Assembly (NCBI GenBank): GCA_002792755.1
Contig: PFOY01000023.1
Span: 1-32,097, forward strand
Direction: 5' to 3'
Length of the DNA: 32,097 nucleotides
Source of the DNA: Candidatus Nomurabacteria bacterium CG_4_10_14_0_2_um_filter_30_12
GTDB lineage: Bacteria > Patescibacteriota > Minisyncoccia > Phycocordibacterales > UBA9973
Below, piece after piece: positions 1 to 8,145 of this stretch. A model generated the notes under the pieces. It searched no databases, was not told the origin of the DNA, and was given only the letters and a program-made list of their open reading frames with translations. Made by a program: the position numbers and the translations under genes. Numbering within the stretch: the stretch's first letter is position 1; the number at the start of each line of letters is the position of its first letter.

Positions 1-1
1 G

Positions 2-1012
2 CTTAGAGAAATTCAATTTGAAGGTCAAACTAAAGCAAAGTTGGGTTCAATGGAAGCACAAAGTGCTGTTTCTACTGTCTTTGGAGAAGCCTTTTCTGCT
101 TTTTTAGAAGAGAATCCAGATGAAGCTAAATCTATAATTAATAAATCTATACTTGCATTGAAGGCTCGTAAGGCAGCGAAAGCAGCAAAAGACTCTGTGC
201 TTCGAAAGGGTGCTCTTGAGGGAATGACTCTTCCTGGAAAACTTGCAGATTGTCAAAGTAAAAGTGCTGAAGAATCAGAATTATTCTTAGTAGAGGGAGA
301 TTCTGCAGGAGGTTCAGCAAAACAAGGAAGAGATAGACGTACTCAAGCGATACTTCCTCTTCGTGGAAAAATTTTAAATGTTGAACGAGCTCGTATAGAC
401 AAGATGCTTGCATCAAAAGAAGTGAGAGCACTTGTTATAGCTATGGGTACTTCTATTGGAGATACTTTTGATCTTGAAAAAATGCGTTATCATAAAATAA
501 TTATTGCGACAGATGCTGATGTCGATGGTGCGCATATTCGTACACTTTTACTTACTCTTTTTTATAGATATTTTAGACAAGTTATAGATGCAGGATATAT
601 TTATATTGCACAGCCACCACTTTATAAAATAAAAAAAGGTAAAGAAATTAATTATGCTTATTCAGATGAAGAAAAAATAAAAATTATTGGACGTTCCAAT
701 GCCGATTTTGAGGAGATTGGACATTCTGATGCCGATGTTGATGAGAACGAGTCTGCCGATATTGAGAATGATATTGAAACAAAATCTAAATCTAATAAAA
801 TCCACATTCAACGTTATAAAGGTCTCGGAGAAATGAATCCAGAAGAACTTTGGGAGACTACAATGAATCCTAGCCATAGAGTATTAAAGAAGGTAAACAT
901 AGATGATGCTGAAGAAGCCAACAAAGTTTTTGAGATCTTAATGGGCTCCGAAGTTCCTCCAAGAAAATCATTCATTCAATCAAATGCAAAACTTGCTGAG
1001 ATTGATATTTAA
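2..1012 (+). CDS. gyrB: DNA gyrase subunit B, C-terminal part (5' end lies outside the window)
   Basis: The frame is open from the window edge ([15 protein letters not shown]...). TOPRIM motifs are [20 protein letters not shown] and [14 protein letters not shown]. The C-terminal signature is [19 protein letters not shown]. GyrB and ParE cannot be strictly separated from this fragment alone. Confidence 0.92.
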   Translation, partial: LREIQFEGQTKAKLGSMEAQSAVSTVFGEAFSAFLEENPDEAKSIINKSILALKARKAAKAAKDSVLRKGALEGMTLPGKLADCQSKSAEESELFLVEGDSAGGSAKQGRDRRTQAILPLRGKILNVERARIDKMLASKEVRALVIAMGTSIGDTFDLEKMRYHKIIIATDADVDGAHIRTLLLTLFYRYFRQVIDAGYIYIAQPPLYKIKKGKEINYAYSDEEKIKIIGRSNADFEEIGHSDADVDENESADIENDIETKSKSNKIHIQRYKGLGEMNPEELWETTMNPSHRVLKKVNIDDAEEANKVFEILMGSEVPPRKSFIQSNAKLAEIDI

Positions 1013-1057
1013 CATCCCGCTGCCGAAATTGACATGAGTTTTGCGAGCATTTCTTTT

Positions 1058-2812
1058 TTACTTTTTACTTTTTATCTCTTTTAAAAGTTTTGCTATAAGT
1101 TCTTCTTTTGATATTTGATTAAGTTGTCCTTTGTCTCGAGATTCTAAGGTAATTTTATCTGCTTCTATTTCTTTGTCCCCGATAACTATCCAATAAGGGA
1201 TTTTGTTATTTTTAGCATCACGAACCTTTCCACCTAGATTTCCATTTTCATTAGCTAATTCTGCTCGTATATTATTTTCTTTTAATAAATCATAAATTTG
1301 TTTTGCATATTCGTTATGATTTTCTCGTACTGGAATTATTTTTACTTGTACAGGTGAGAGCCAAAGAGGGAATGCACCAGCATAATGTTCTATTAGAATA
1401 CCTATAAATCTTTCAAATGACCCAAATATTGCAACATGAAGTACAACAACACGATGTTTCTTACCATCTTCTCCTACGTAATCCATTTCAAAATTATTTG
1501 GTTGGTTGAAATCAAGTTGAATGGTTGCTAGTTGCCATTCTCTTCCGATTGAATCTTTTATTTTTATATCAATTTTTGGTCCATAAAACGCAGCTTCACC
1601 TTCTTCTATGCTATATTTTAGATTCATTTTTTTAGCAGAATTAACAAGGATATTTTCTGCTTTTTCCCATACATCATCACTTCCAAAATATTTTTCTTTA
1701 TTTTTTGGATCTCGAATTGATATTTCAACTTTGTAATCCTTAAAACCAAATATATTATAAACTTTTTGCATTAAACCAAAAATCATTTCTATTTCCGATT
1801 CTATTTGATCATTTCTTATAAAATGGTGAGTATCATCTTGAGTTAAATTTTTTACACGTAAAAGCCCAGCTAATTCTCCACTTTTTTCATTACGATATAC
1901 AGTTGTGTTTTCTGCTATACGTAAAGGTAAATCACGATAACTATGTGGTTCTGCATTGTATATTTCAAAGTGATGAGGACAATTCATAGCTTTCATTACA
2001 AATTCTTCGCCGTTTTCGTCTGTCATTATTGGCATCATTGCGTCATATTTTCCCATATGTCCACTACGGATATAAAGTTCTTTTCTGGCTATATGTGGAA
2101 TTGTTACAAAAGAATAACCTAAATTTTCTTTTTCTTTTCTTATAAAATTTTCTAATTCAGTTTTGATTATATTACCTTTTGGCAGATACATTGGTAATCC
2201 TTTGCCGACTAATTCTGAAATTACAAATAAACCTAATTCTTTTCCTAATTTTTTATGGTCTCTTTTTTTTGCTTCTTCTCTTTGATTTATATAAGTATCA
2301 AGATCTTCTTTTGTTTCAAATGCGAGTCCGTATATGCGGGTAAGCATTTTATTTTTTTCATTTCCTCTCCAGTATGCCCCAGCTACACGATCAAGTTTGA
2401 AAGACAGAGGATCAATATTTTGAGATGGATGATCCAAGTGTCCACCTCGACATAAATCAGTGAAACCACCACAAGTATAAGTGGTTATTTTTTCTCCACG
2501 GTCTGCTATTTCATTTATGAGTTCTATTTTGTATTCATTTTTGAAAAAGTTTAAAGCCTCTTCTTTATTTAATTCTTTTTGTTCCCATGCTGTCCACTTA
2601 GGAAGTTCTTTTCGCATAGTATCTTCAATCTTTTTAAGATCACTGTCGGATATTTTTTCATTACCAAAATCTATATCATAATAAAACCCATTTTCAATAG
2701 AAGGTCCTAGTGTGAGTTTGATTTTATCAAACTTATATATTTTACCTACTGCGGATGCCAATAAGTGTGCAAGAGTGTGTCTTAAGTTGTGTAATTTATC
2801 ATTTGTTTCCAT
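1058..2812 (-). CDS. thrS: threonine--tRNA ligase (584 aa, starts at the editing domain, no TGS domain)
   Basis: HTLAHLLA (HxxxH) and CGGFTDLCRGGH are editing-domain motifs. The class II core shows FVMKAMNCPHHF, RVKNLTQDDTHHF and AAFYGPKID. A C-terminal anticodon-binding domain is present. Confidence 0.93.
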   Translation of the reverse strand: METNDKLHNLRHTLAHLLASAVGKIYKFDKIKLTLGPSIENGFYYDIDFGNEKISDSDLKKIEDTMRKELPKWTAWEQKELNKEEALNFFKNEYKIELINEIADRGEKITTYTCGGFTDLCRGGHLDHPSQNIDPLSFKLDRVAGAYWRGNEKNKMLTRIYGLAFETKEDLDTYINQREEAKKRDHKKLGKELGLFVISELVGKGLPMYLPKGNIIKTELENFIRKEKENLGYSFVTIPHIARKELYIRSGHMGKYDAMMPIMTDENGEEFVMKAMNCPHHFEIYNAEPHSYRDLPLRIAENTTVYRNEKSGELAGLLRVKNLTQDDTHHFIRNDQIESEIEMIFGLMQKVYNIFGFKDYKVEISIRDPKNKEKYFGSDDVWEKAENILVNSAKKMNLKYSIEEGEAAFYGPKIDIKIKDSIGREWQLATIQLDFNQPNNFEMDYVGEDGKKHRVVVLHVAIFGSFERFIGILIEHYAGAFPLWLSPVQVKIIPVRENHNEYAKQIYDLLKENNIRAELANENGNLGGKVRDAKNNKIPYWIVIGDKEIEADKITLESRDKGQLNQISKEELIAKLLKEIKSKK

Positions 2813-2858
2813 ATATCTTTATAATATCATACTTTAAAATTTACCAAAACTATTAATT

Positions 2859-2886
2859 TTGCTTTTTATCTTTAATATGTTAGTAT
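2859..2886 (+). promoter_or_regulatory. putative sigma-70 promoter of rpmF: TTGCTT - 16 nt - TAGTAT with TG two nt upstream
   Basis: Hexamers read directly: -35 at 2859-2864 and -10 at 2881-2886. The ATG at 2897 lies only 10 nt downstream. The geometry matches the sites at 13841 and 14774. Confidence 0.4.
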
Positions 2887-2896
2887 AGAATACATT

Positions 2897-3121
2897 ATGG
2901 TAGTACGAATGAGACATACAAAATCACATACAGCGAACAGACGTTCCCATCATGCATTGGTAAGTACGGGTCTTACAGCATGTGCTAATTGTAAGAATTT
3001 TAAAAAGCGTCATACTGTTTGTTCTTCTTGTGGATATTATCGTGGAATGAAAGTATTGGATTTGGTTAAAAAGATGGAAAAGAAACAAAAGAAAGAAAAA
3101 GCAGCTCAAGCAAAGAGCTAG
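2897..3121 (+). CDS. rpmF: 50S ribosomal protein L32
   Basis: 74-aa basic protein with the RRSHHAL motif and a CxxC...CxxC zinc ribbon (CANC, CSSC). An alternative start at 2909 (MRHTKSH) is possible. Confidence 0.85.
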   Translation: MVVRMRHTKSHTANRRSHHALVSTGLTACANCKNFKKRHTVCSSCGYYRGMKVLDLVKKMEKKQKKEKAAQAKS

Positions 3122-3133
3122 TTTATAAAGTAG

Positions 3134-3202
3134 AAAGTTATAAAGTTTGTAAAGTTGAGAAGGTTTTAGATTTTCTTTTAACTTTATGAACTTTATAACT
3201 TT
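3134..3202. repeat. long imperfect stem-loop in the rpmF-nusB spacer
   Basis: A perfect 14-nt inverted repeat pairs AAAGTTATAAAGTT (3134-3147) with AACTTTATAACTTT (3189-3202). An inner 7-bp pairing joins TAAAGTT (3150-3156) to AACTTTA (3180-3186). Confidence 0.7.
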
Positions 3203-3212
3203 GAACTAACGT

Positions 3213-4148
3213 ATGGCAAATAGGCACCTTTCAAGATCAATAGTACTTCAAACACTTTTTGAGTGGGATTTTATGACTACTTCGGGACAAGGTAATGCTT
3301 GGACTGATGATAAAATAAAAGAAGCTTTAAATAGAAATTTAAGAGAATTTGCTCCTGGACTTGAGGATGATGTTTTTGTGTCTACATTAGTAAAAGAAGT
3401 TTTTAAAAATTATAAAGTAATTGATGAAATAATAGAAAAAGCTGCTCCAGATTGGCCACTTGATAAAATATCAGTTGTTGATAGAAATATCTTAAGAATT
3501 GGATTAACAGAGCTTCTTTTTGGTGATAGAAATCAAGTACCTCCTAAGGTTGCAATAAATGAAGCCATAGAATTGGCTAAGACTTTTGGTGGTGAAAACT
3601 CTGGCAAATTTGTGAATGGAGTACTTGGTGCAGTTTATAAAGAGATTGGAGAACCTGGAAAAGAACAAATAAGTAAAAAGAAAAAAAGTGAAGAACCTAT
3701 AGATATTACAAAGTTACCAATTGAAGAGCTTGGTGGAGCGTTGATATATGCTAAAAAAGATAATGTTTTATTGCTTGCATTAGTTCATGATGTGTTTGGT
3801 TATTGGACTTTATCTAAAGGTAAAATTGGTGATAATTCAGAAATTGCAAATGAGGGTGTAGAAGAAGGTACAGTAAGAAAAATAAAAGAAGAAGTTGGTC
3901 TTGACATTGTAATCAAAGAAAAGATTGGAGAGAATGAATATGTGGCTTCTCATCCAGAAAAAGGTAAGACATTAAAAAAAGTGACGTATTTTTTAGCAGA
4001 AAGTGAATATCAAGAATTAAAACTTGGAGATTCTGGTGGATTAGATAATGCTCGATGGTTTCAATTTAGAGAGTTATCGGAACTTCGTATTTATAATGAT
4101 ATTATTCCACTTATTACTCGTGCAATTGAAATTTTAAGTAAAAAATAA
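3213..4148 (+). CDS. nusB: NusB transcription antitermination factor fused to a C-terminal Nudix-fold domain
   Basis: The N-terminal ~145 aa is NusB-like (SRSIVLQTLFEWDF, VDRNILRIGLTELLF, PPKVAINEAIELAKTFGGENSGKFVNGVLG). After a Lys-rich linker comes a Nudix-like fold with the box-like segment GKIGDNSEIANEGVEEGTVRKIKEEVGL. Confidence 0.85.
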   Translation: MANRHLSRSIVLQTLFEWDFMTTSGQGNAWTDDKIKEALNRNLREFAPGLEDDVFVSTLVKEVFKNYKVIDEIIEKAAPDWPLDKISVVDRNILRIGLTELLFGDRNQVPPKVAINEAIELAKTFGGENSGKFVNGVLGAVYKEIGEPGKEQISKKKKSEEPIDITKLPIEELGGALIYAKKDNVLLLALVHDVFGYWTLSKGKIGDNSEIANEGVEEGTVRKIKEEVGLDIVIKEKIGENEYVASHPEKGKTLKKVTYFLAESEYQELKLGDSGGLDNARWFQFRELSELRIYNDIIPLITRAIEILSKK

Positions 4149-4152
4149 ATTT

Positions 4153-4848
4153 ATGATTCAATTTTCAGATTTTGAGAAAAGTACAAAAATAGTTTTTAAA
4201 GATAAAAATTTGCTTAAACAAGCTTTTATTCATCGTTCATATATTAATGAAAATCCAGGATCTAACTTATCACACAATGAACGCTTGGAATTTTTGGGTG
4301 ATGCAGTGTTAGAGCTTATTGTCACTGATTTTCTTTATAAAAAATATACAAATTATACAGAAGGTGAATTAACCGCAGTTCGTTCAGCACTCGTAAATGC
4401 TATTATAATATCTGAAGTTGCTCAAAAAGTTGGGATGAATGATTATTTACTTTTATCTAAAGGTGAAGCTAAAGACAATGGTAAAGCGAGACAATATATT
4501 TTAGCTAATACTTATGAAGCATATGTAGGAGCTGTTTATTTAGACCAAGGATATGATGTTGCTAAAAAATTTATAACAGTTTCTCTTTTACCACATACAG
4601 AAGAAATAGTTTCAAAGAAGCTTTGGCGTGATGCAAAAAGTTTAGTACAAGAAAAAGCTCAGGAGTTTGTAGGAGTCACTCCTTTTTATAAAGTTTTACA
4701 CGAATCAGGTCCTGACCACGATAAACATTTTACTGTTGGTATTTTATTTGGAACTGATTTGATAGCTGAAGGTAGAGGTAAATCAAAACAAGAAGCAGAG
4801 CAAAAAGCGGCTGAAGCAGCATTAAAAATAAGAGATTGGATGGAATAA
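4153..4848 (+). CDS. rnc: ribonuclease III
   Basis: RNase III signature ERLEFLGDAVLEL. A C-terminal dsRBD is present (DHDKHFTVGI..., GKSKQEAEQKAAEAAL). Confidence 0.95.
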   Translation: MIQFSDFEKSTKIVFKDKNLLKQAFIHRSYINENPGSNLSHNERLEFLGDAVLELIVTDFLYKKYTNYTEGELTAVRSALVNAIIISEVAQKVGMNDYLLLSKGEAKDNGKARQYILANTYEAYVGAVYLDQGYDVAKKFITVSLLPHTEEIVSKKLWRDAKSLVQEKAQEFVGVTPFYKVLHESGPDHDKHFTVGILFGTDLIAEGRGKSKQEAEQKAAEAALKIRDWME

Positions 4849-4851
4849 AAT

Positions 4852-7107
4852 ATGCGACTTAAGAATTTAGAAATAAATGGTTTTAAATCTTTTGCTAAAA
4901 AAACAATTTTAGAATTTCAAAATCCTATTATTTCTATTGTTGGTCCAAATGGATCTGGCAAATCGAATGTAGTGGAAGCACTTCGTTTTGTTCTAGGTGA
5001 ACAATCTATAAAATCAATGCGTGGGAGTTCAGGATCTGATTTAATTTTTAAAGGATCAAAGAATTTATCAAAAAGCTCGCGTGCAAGTGTCGTTATACAT
5101 TTTGATAATTCTGATAAAGTTTTTAAGCTCTCAAACGAGACTGGTGAAAATATTAATTTAAATTATGATTCTGTTTCTATCTCTCGTGAGGTATATTCTG
5201 ATGGATTAAATAAATATATTTTAAATGGTTCTGAAGTGAGATTGAAAGATATAAATAATCTTTTGTCTTCAGTAAATATAGGTTCATCTCAGCACCACAT
5301 TATTTCACAAGGGGAAGCAGATAGAATACTCAATGCATCATCAAAAGATAGAAGAGAAATGATAGAAGATGCATTAGGACTTAAAATTTTTCAATATAAA
5401 ATAAAAGAAGCACAGCGTAAACTTGAAAGAACTACAAATAATATGAAAGAGGTCTCACTTTTACGTAGAGAAAATGCTCCACATTTGAATTTTTTAAAGA
5501 AACAAGTAGATAAGTTTGAAAAAGTAAAAGAAATGCAGGTGACATTACTTTTGCTATATAAAGAATATCTTAAAAAAGAAAGTATTTATTTAGAGAAAGA
5601 GAAGGCTAACTTATTTATAGAGAAAAATAAGATTTCTTTAGAATTAGAAGATATAAAAGAAAAGATTTCTAATGTCGATGAGATTGATAGAAAAGAAGAA
5701 AGTGAAAAAGAAAAAGAATTAAAAATACTTGAAAAGAAGATACATGAAATTAGTGGAATTAAAGGCGAGATAGAACGTAAATTAGGAAGGATTGAAGGAA
5801 TGGTGGAAATGGAAGAACGAAGAAAGGAGAAAACACCGAAAATTATTGTAAGAAATCCTGAGGAGATAAAAATGACATTTACTGAAATCAGTAATGTTAT
5901 AGAAGAAGCTTTTTTGAAAGAAGATATATATGAAATTAAACAAATACTTACACGAGTTAAAAATATTTTAAATAAATTTAATCAAAATGAAGATATTTTG
6001 GAAGATACTTCTTTAGACTTAGAGATTCAAAATCTAAAAAATCAACAACAAGAAATATCATTTGAAATACAAAGAATGGAAGAAATAGAGAAGGAAAATT
6101 TCTCTAAAGTAGAGATTTTAAAGAAAGAAATATCAGAAGAAAATGAAATTTTGCATATAAAAGAGAAGGAAAAGTTTAATTTTAGAGTTAAGCAACAAGA
6201 ATTATCTTCTTCTTTAAGTTTTATTTCTGTAAAAGAAGAAAATTTTAAAAAAGAAATAGAATCTTTTGAAAATGAGATAAAAGAAGGTTATGCACTAGTT
6301 GATAGTGATATATTATCTTATAAAAATTTCTCTAACAGGGATGGTGCAGAAATAGTTGTTAATAAAATAGAACAAGAAGAATTAAGACGAAAAATTGAAC
6401 GTATTAAAATAAAATTAGAAGATGTTGGTTTAGGTGGTGGATCTGAAATCATGAAAGAGTTTGAAGAAGTTAAAGAGAGAGATGATTTTTTAACAAAAGA
6501 GATGGAAGATTTAGCTAAAAGCATAGAGTCACTTCATACACTTATGGCTGATCTTAAAGAAAAGATTGATATAGAATTTAAAGAAGGTATTAAAAAAATA
6601 AATGTTGAATTTACTAATTTTTTCTCTTTAATGTTTGGTGGTGGAGAAGGACATCTTTCTATCGTTACTGAAAATAAGAAAAAGAAAGTAGAAGAAGAGA
6701 TAGAAGGAGACCTCTCTACGCAGGCAGAAGAAAAAGAAGAAATTCTGTTTGAGTATGGTATTGATATTGATGTCTCTCTTCCTCATAAAAAAGTAAAAGA
6801 ACTTAATGCACTTTCAGGCGGAGAGAGATCTCTCACATCTATTGCGCTTCTTTTTGCTATGTCACAAGTAAATCCACCACCATTTTTAGTGTTAGATGAG
6901 ACTGATGCAGCACTTGATGAGGCAAATTCTCGTAAATATGGGGATATGTTAGAGAAACTTTCTCATCATTCACAGCTTGTTGTCGTTACTCACAATAGAG
7001 AAACCATGTCTCGTGCAGGTATTTTATACGGTGTAACAGTAGGTTCTGATGGTGCTTCAAAACTCCTTTCAGTAAAACTCGACGAAGCTGCAGTTATTGC
7101 AAAATAA
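4852..7107 (+). CDS. smc: SMC-family chromosome partition ATPase, short form (751 aa) without a recognisable hinge
   Basis: Walker A GPNGSGKSNVVEALRFVLGEQS, Q-loop region HHIISQGEADRIL, signature LSGGERSLTSIALLFAM and Walker B FLVLDETDAALDEAN. The start lies 3 nt after the rnc stop. Confidence 0.85.
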   Translation: MRLKNLEINGFKSFAKKTILEFQNPIISIVGPNGSGKSNVVEALRFVLGEQSIKSMRGSSGSDLIFKGSKNLSKSSRASVVIHFDNSDKVFKLSNETGENINLNYDSVSISREVYSDGLNKYILNGSEVRLKDINNLLSSVNIGSSQHHIISQGEADRILNASSKDRREMIEDALGLKIFQYKIKEAQRKLERTTNNMKEVSLLRRENAPHLNFLKKQVDKFEKVKEMQVTLLLLYKEYLKKESIYLEKEKANLFIEKNKISLELEDIKEKISNVDEIDRKEESEKEKELKILEKKIHEISGIKGEIERKLGRIEGMVEMEERRKEKTPKIIVRNPEEIKMTFTEISNVIEEAFLKEDIYEIKQILTRVKNILNKFNQNEDILEDTSLDLEIQNLKNQQQEISFEIQRMEEIEKENFSKVEILKKEISEENEILHIKEKEKFNFRVKQQELSSSLSFISVKEENFKKEIESFENEIKEGYALVDSDILSYKNFSNRDGAEIVVNKIEQEELRRKIERIKIKLEDVGLGGGSEIMKEFEEVKERDDFLTKEMEDLAKSIESLHTLMADLKEKIDIEFKEGIKKINVEFTNFFSLMFGGGEGHLSIVTENKKKKVEEEIEGDLSTQAEEKEEILFEYGIDIDVSLPHKKVKELNALSGGERSLTSIALLFAMSQVNPPPFLVLDETDAALDEANSRKYGDMLEKLSHHSQLVVVTHNRETMSRAGILYGVTVGSDGASKLLSVKLDEAAVIAK

Positions 7108-7120
7108 ATAATGTGATTCT

Positions 7121-7232
7121 AAATACAACCCCCAACCCCCTTGTCAGGGGGCTCAAATACAACCCTCTCCAACCTCTCCATTGTCAGGGCAAGGCTAAGA
7201 ATACAACCCCCAACCCCCTTATCAGGGGGCTC
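7121..7232. repeat. GC-rich hairpin repeat units upstream of the DUF559 gene
   Basis: The 33-nt unit AATACAACCCCCAACCCCCTTGTCAGGGGGCTC occurs at 7122-7154 and again at 7200-7232 with one mismatch. A degenerate copy lies between them. Each unit holds a CCCCC/loop/GGGGG hairpin. Confidence 0.9.
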
Positions 7233-7263
7233 TTTCGTTCGAGTTCTGTTATATAATAAACTT

Positions 7264-7644
7264 ATGAAACTCTATAAATTTATTCCATATGATAAAGAGT
7301 TAGTTTACAGAGCTAGAGAATTAAGAAAATCTGAAACAGAAGCAGAAAGATTATTTTGGTCTAAAATTTTAAAAAATAAAAAATTAATTGATTTAAAATT
7401 TACTCGTCAAAAACCGATTGGTAATTTTATTGTAGATTTTTATTGTGCAAAATTAAAACTAGCTATTGAAATTGATGGTGAAATTCATAAATTCCAAAAA
7501 ACTAGAGACGACGAAAGAGATAATTTATTAAAACAAAAATTTGGGTTAAGAATTCTTAGGTATAAAAATGAAGATGTATTAAATAATACAAAATTTATTT
7601 TGGATGATTTCATAGAACGAATTAATAAATACAACCCCTCCTAA
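7264..7644 (+). CDS. DUF559 / Vsr-like (PD-(D/E)XK fold) endonuclease domain protein, 126 aa
   Basis: The core NFIVDFYC...LAIEIDGEIH...DDERDNLLKQKFGLRILRYKNEDV is typical of the DUF559 family. The start is placed at ATG 7264 because the upstream part of the 7141 ORF merely translates the repeats. TATAAT at 7252-7257 lies 6 nt before the ATG. Confidence 0.75.
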   Translation: MKLYKFIPYDKELVYRARELRKSETEAERLFWSKILKNKKLIDLKFTRQKPIGNFIVDFYCAKLKLAIEIDGEIHKFQKTRDDERDNLLKQKFGLRILRYKNEDVLNNTKFILDDFIERINKYNPS

Positions 7645-7803
7645 CCTCCCCAACCCCTCCAGACCTCCCCTTGTCAGGGGAGGCAAATCGTCTCCCTGAT
7701 AAGGGAGAATACAAGAGGGTTTTTCAGGGGAGGGAAAAATGCAATACAAAACAAGTCGTAAGGAAAAGTCCCCCTAACAAGGGGGATTAAGGGGGTTGTA
7801 TTT
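7627..7803. repeat. GC-rich hairpin repeat units downstream of the DUF559 gene (one forward, then inverted copies)
   Basis: A forward unit AAATACAACCCC...CCTCCCC/ttgtca/GGGGAGG spans 7627-7683. Inverted-orientation hairpins are TCTCCC/tgataa/GGGAGA (7691-7708) and TCCCCC/taacaa/GGGGGA (7769-7786). The terminal GGGGGTTGTATTT (7791-7803) is the exact reverse complement of 7121-7133. Confidence 0.9.
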
Positions 7804-7857
7804 GATATATCAGCCATGGCGTAAATGTATGGTTTACAGTGTTAAAGTATAGGTTAT

Positions 7858-8130
7858 GTGTTATTTAATATAGGAATAATTCAAGGATTTGATCTGTCTC
7901 TTATAATTGCTTTATTGCCTATTATTTTGTTATGGTATGGAATACTTTTATTTAAACGTGGATATATAAATATTCAACTAGAAAAACAAGGTGTAATAAT
8001 AGATGAACAGCAGAATAGTGCCTTAAGAAAAACTTCTAATACAGTAGGTACTTTTTTCTTAGTAGTATTTTTATGTGTTTTTGTTGTTGTTGCTCTAATA
8101 GTAATGCTAATAAAGAATTTTCCTTTCTAA
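7858..8130 (+). CDS. hypothetical small membrane protein (GTG start)
   Basis: 90-codon ORF with two to three hydrophobic segments. It has no recognisable family and no clear start signals. Confidence 0.3.
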   Translation: MLFNIGIIQGFDLSLIIALLPIILLWYGILLFKRGYINIQLEKQGVIIDEQQNSALRKTSNTVGTFFLVVFLCVFVVVALIVMLIKNFPF

Positions 8131-8145
8131 ATATTATAGTTACTT

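Noticed and set aside
7121-7232. Possible CRISPR array, because of short GC-rich palindromic direct repeats
   Set aside because: There are only two good copies plus a degenerate one, the spacing is irregular, inverted copies lie on the other side of a gene, and there are no cas genes. The pattern fits REP/MITE-like hairpin repeats better.
7141-7263. N-terminal 41 codons of the tracked ORF 7141..7644 (TTG start, MSGGSNTTLSNLSIVRARLRIQPPTPLSGGS...)
   Set aside because: This part is just the translation of the GC-rich hairpin repeat units. The conserved DUF559 domain begins right after the ATG at 7264, which has a TATAAT 6 nt upstream.
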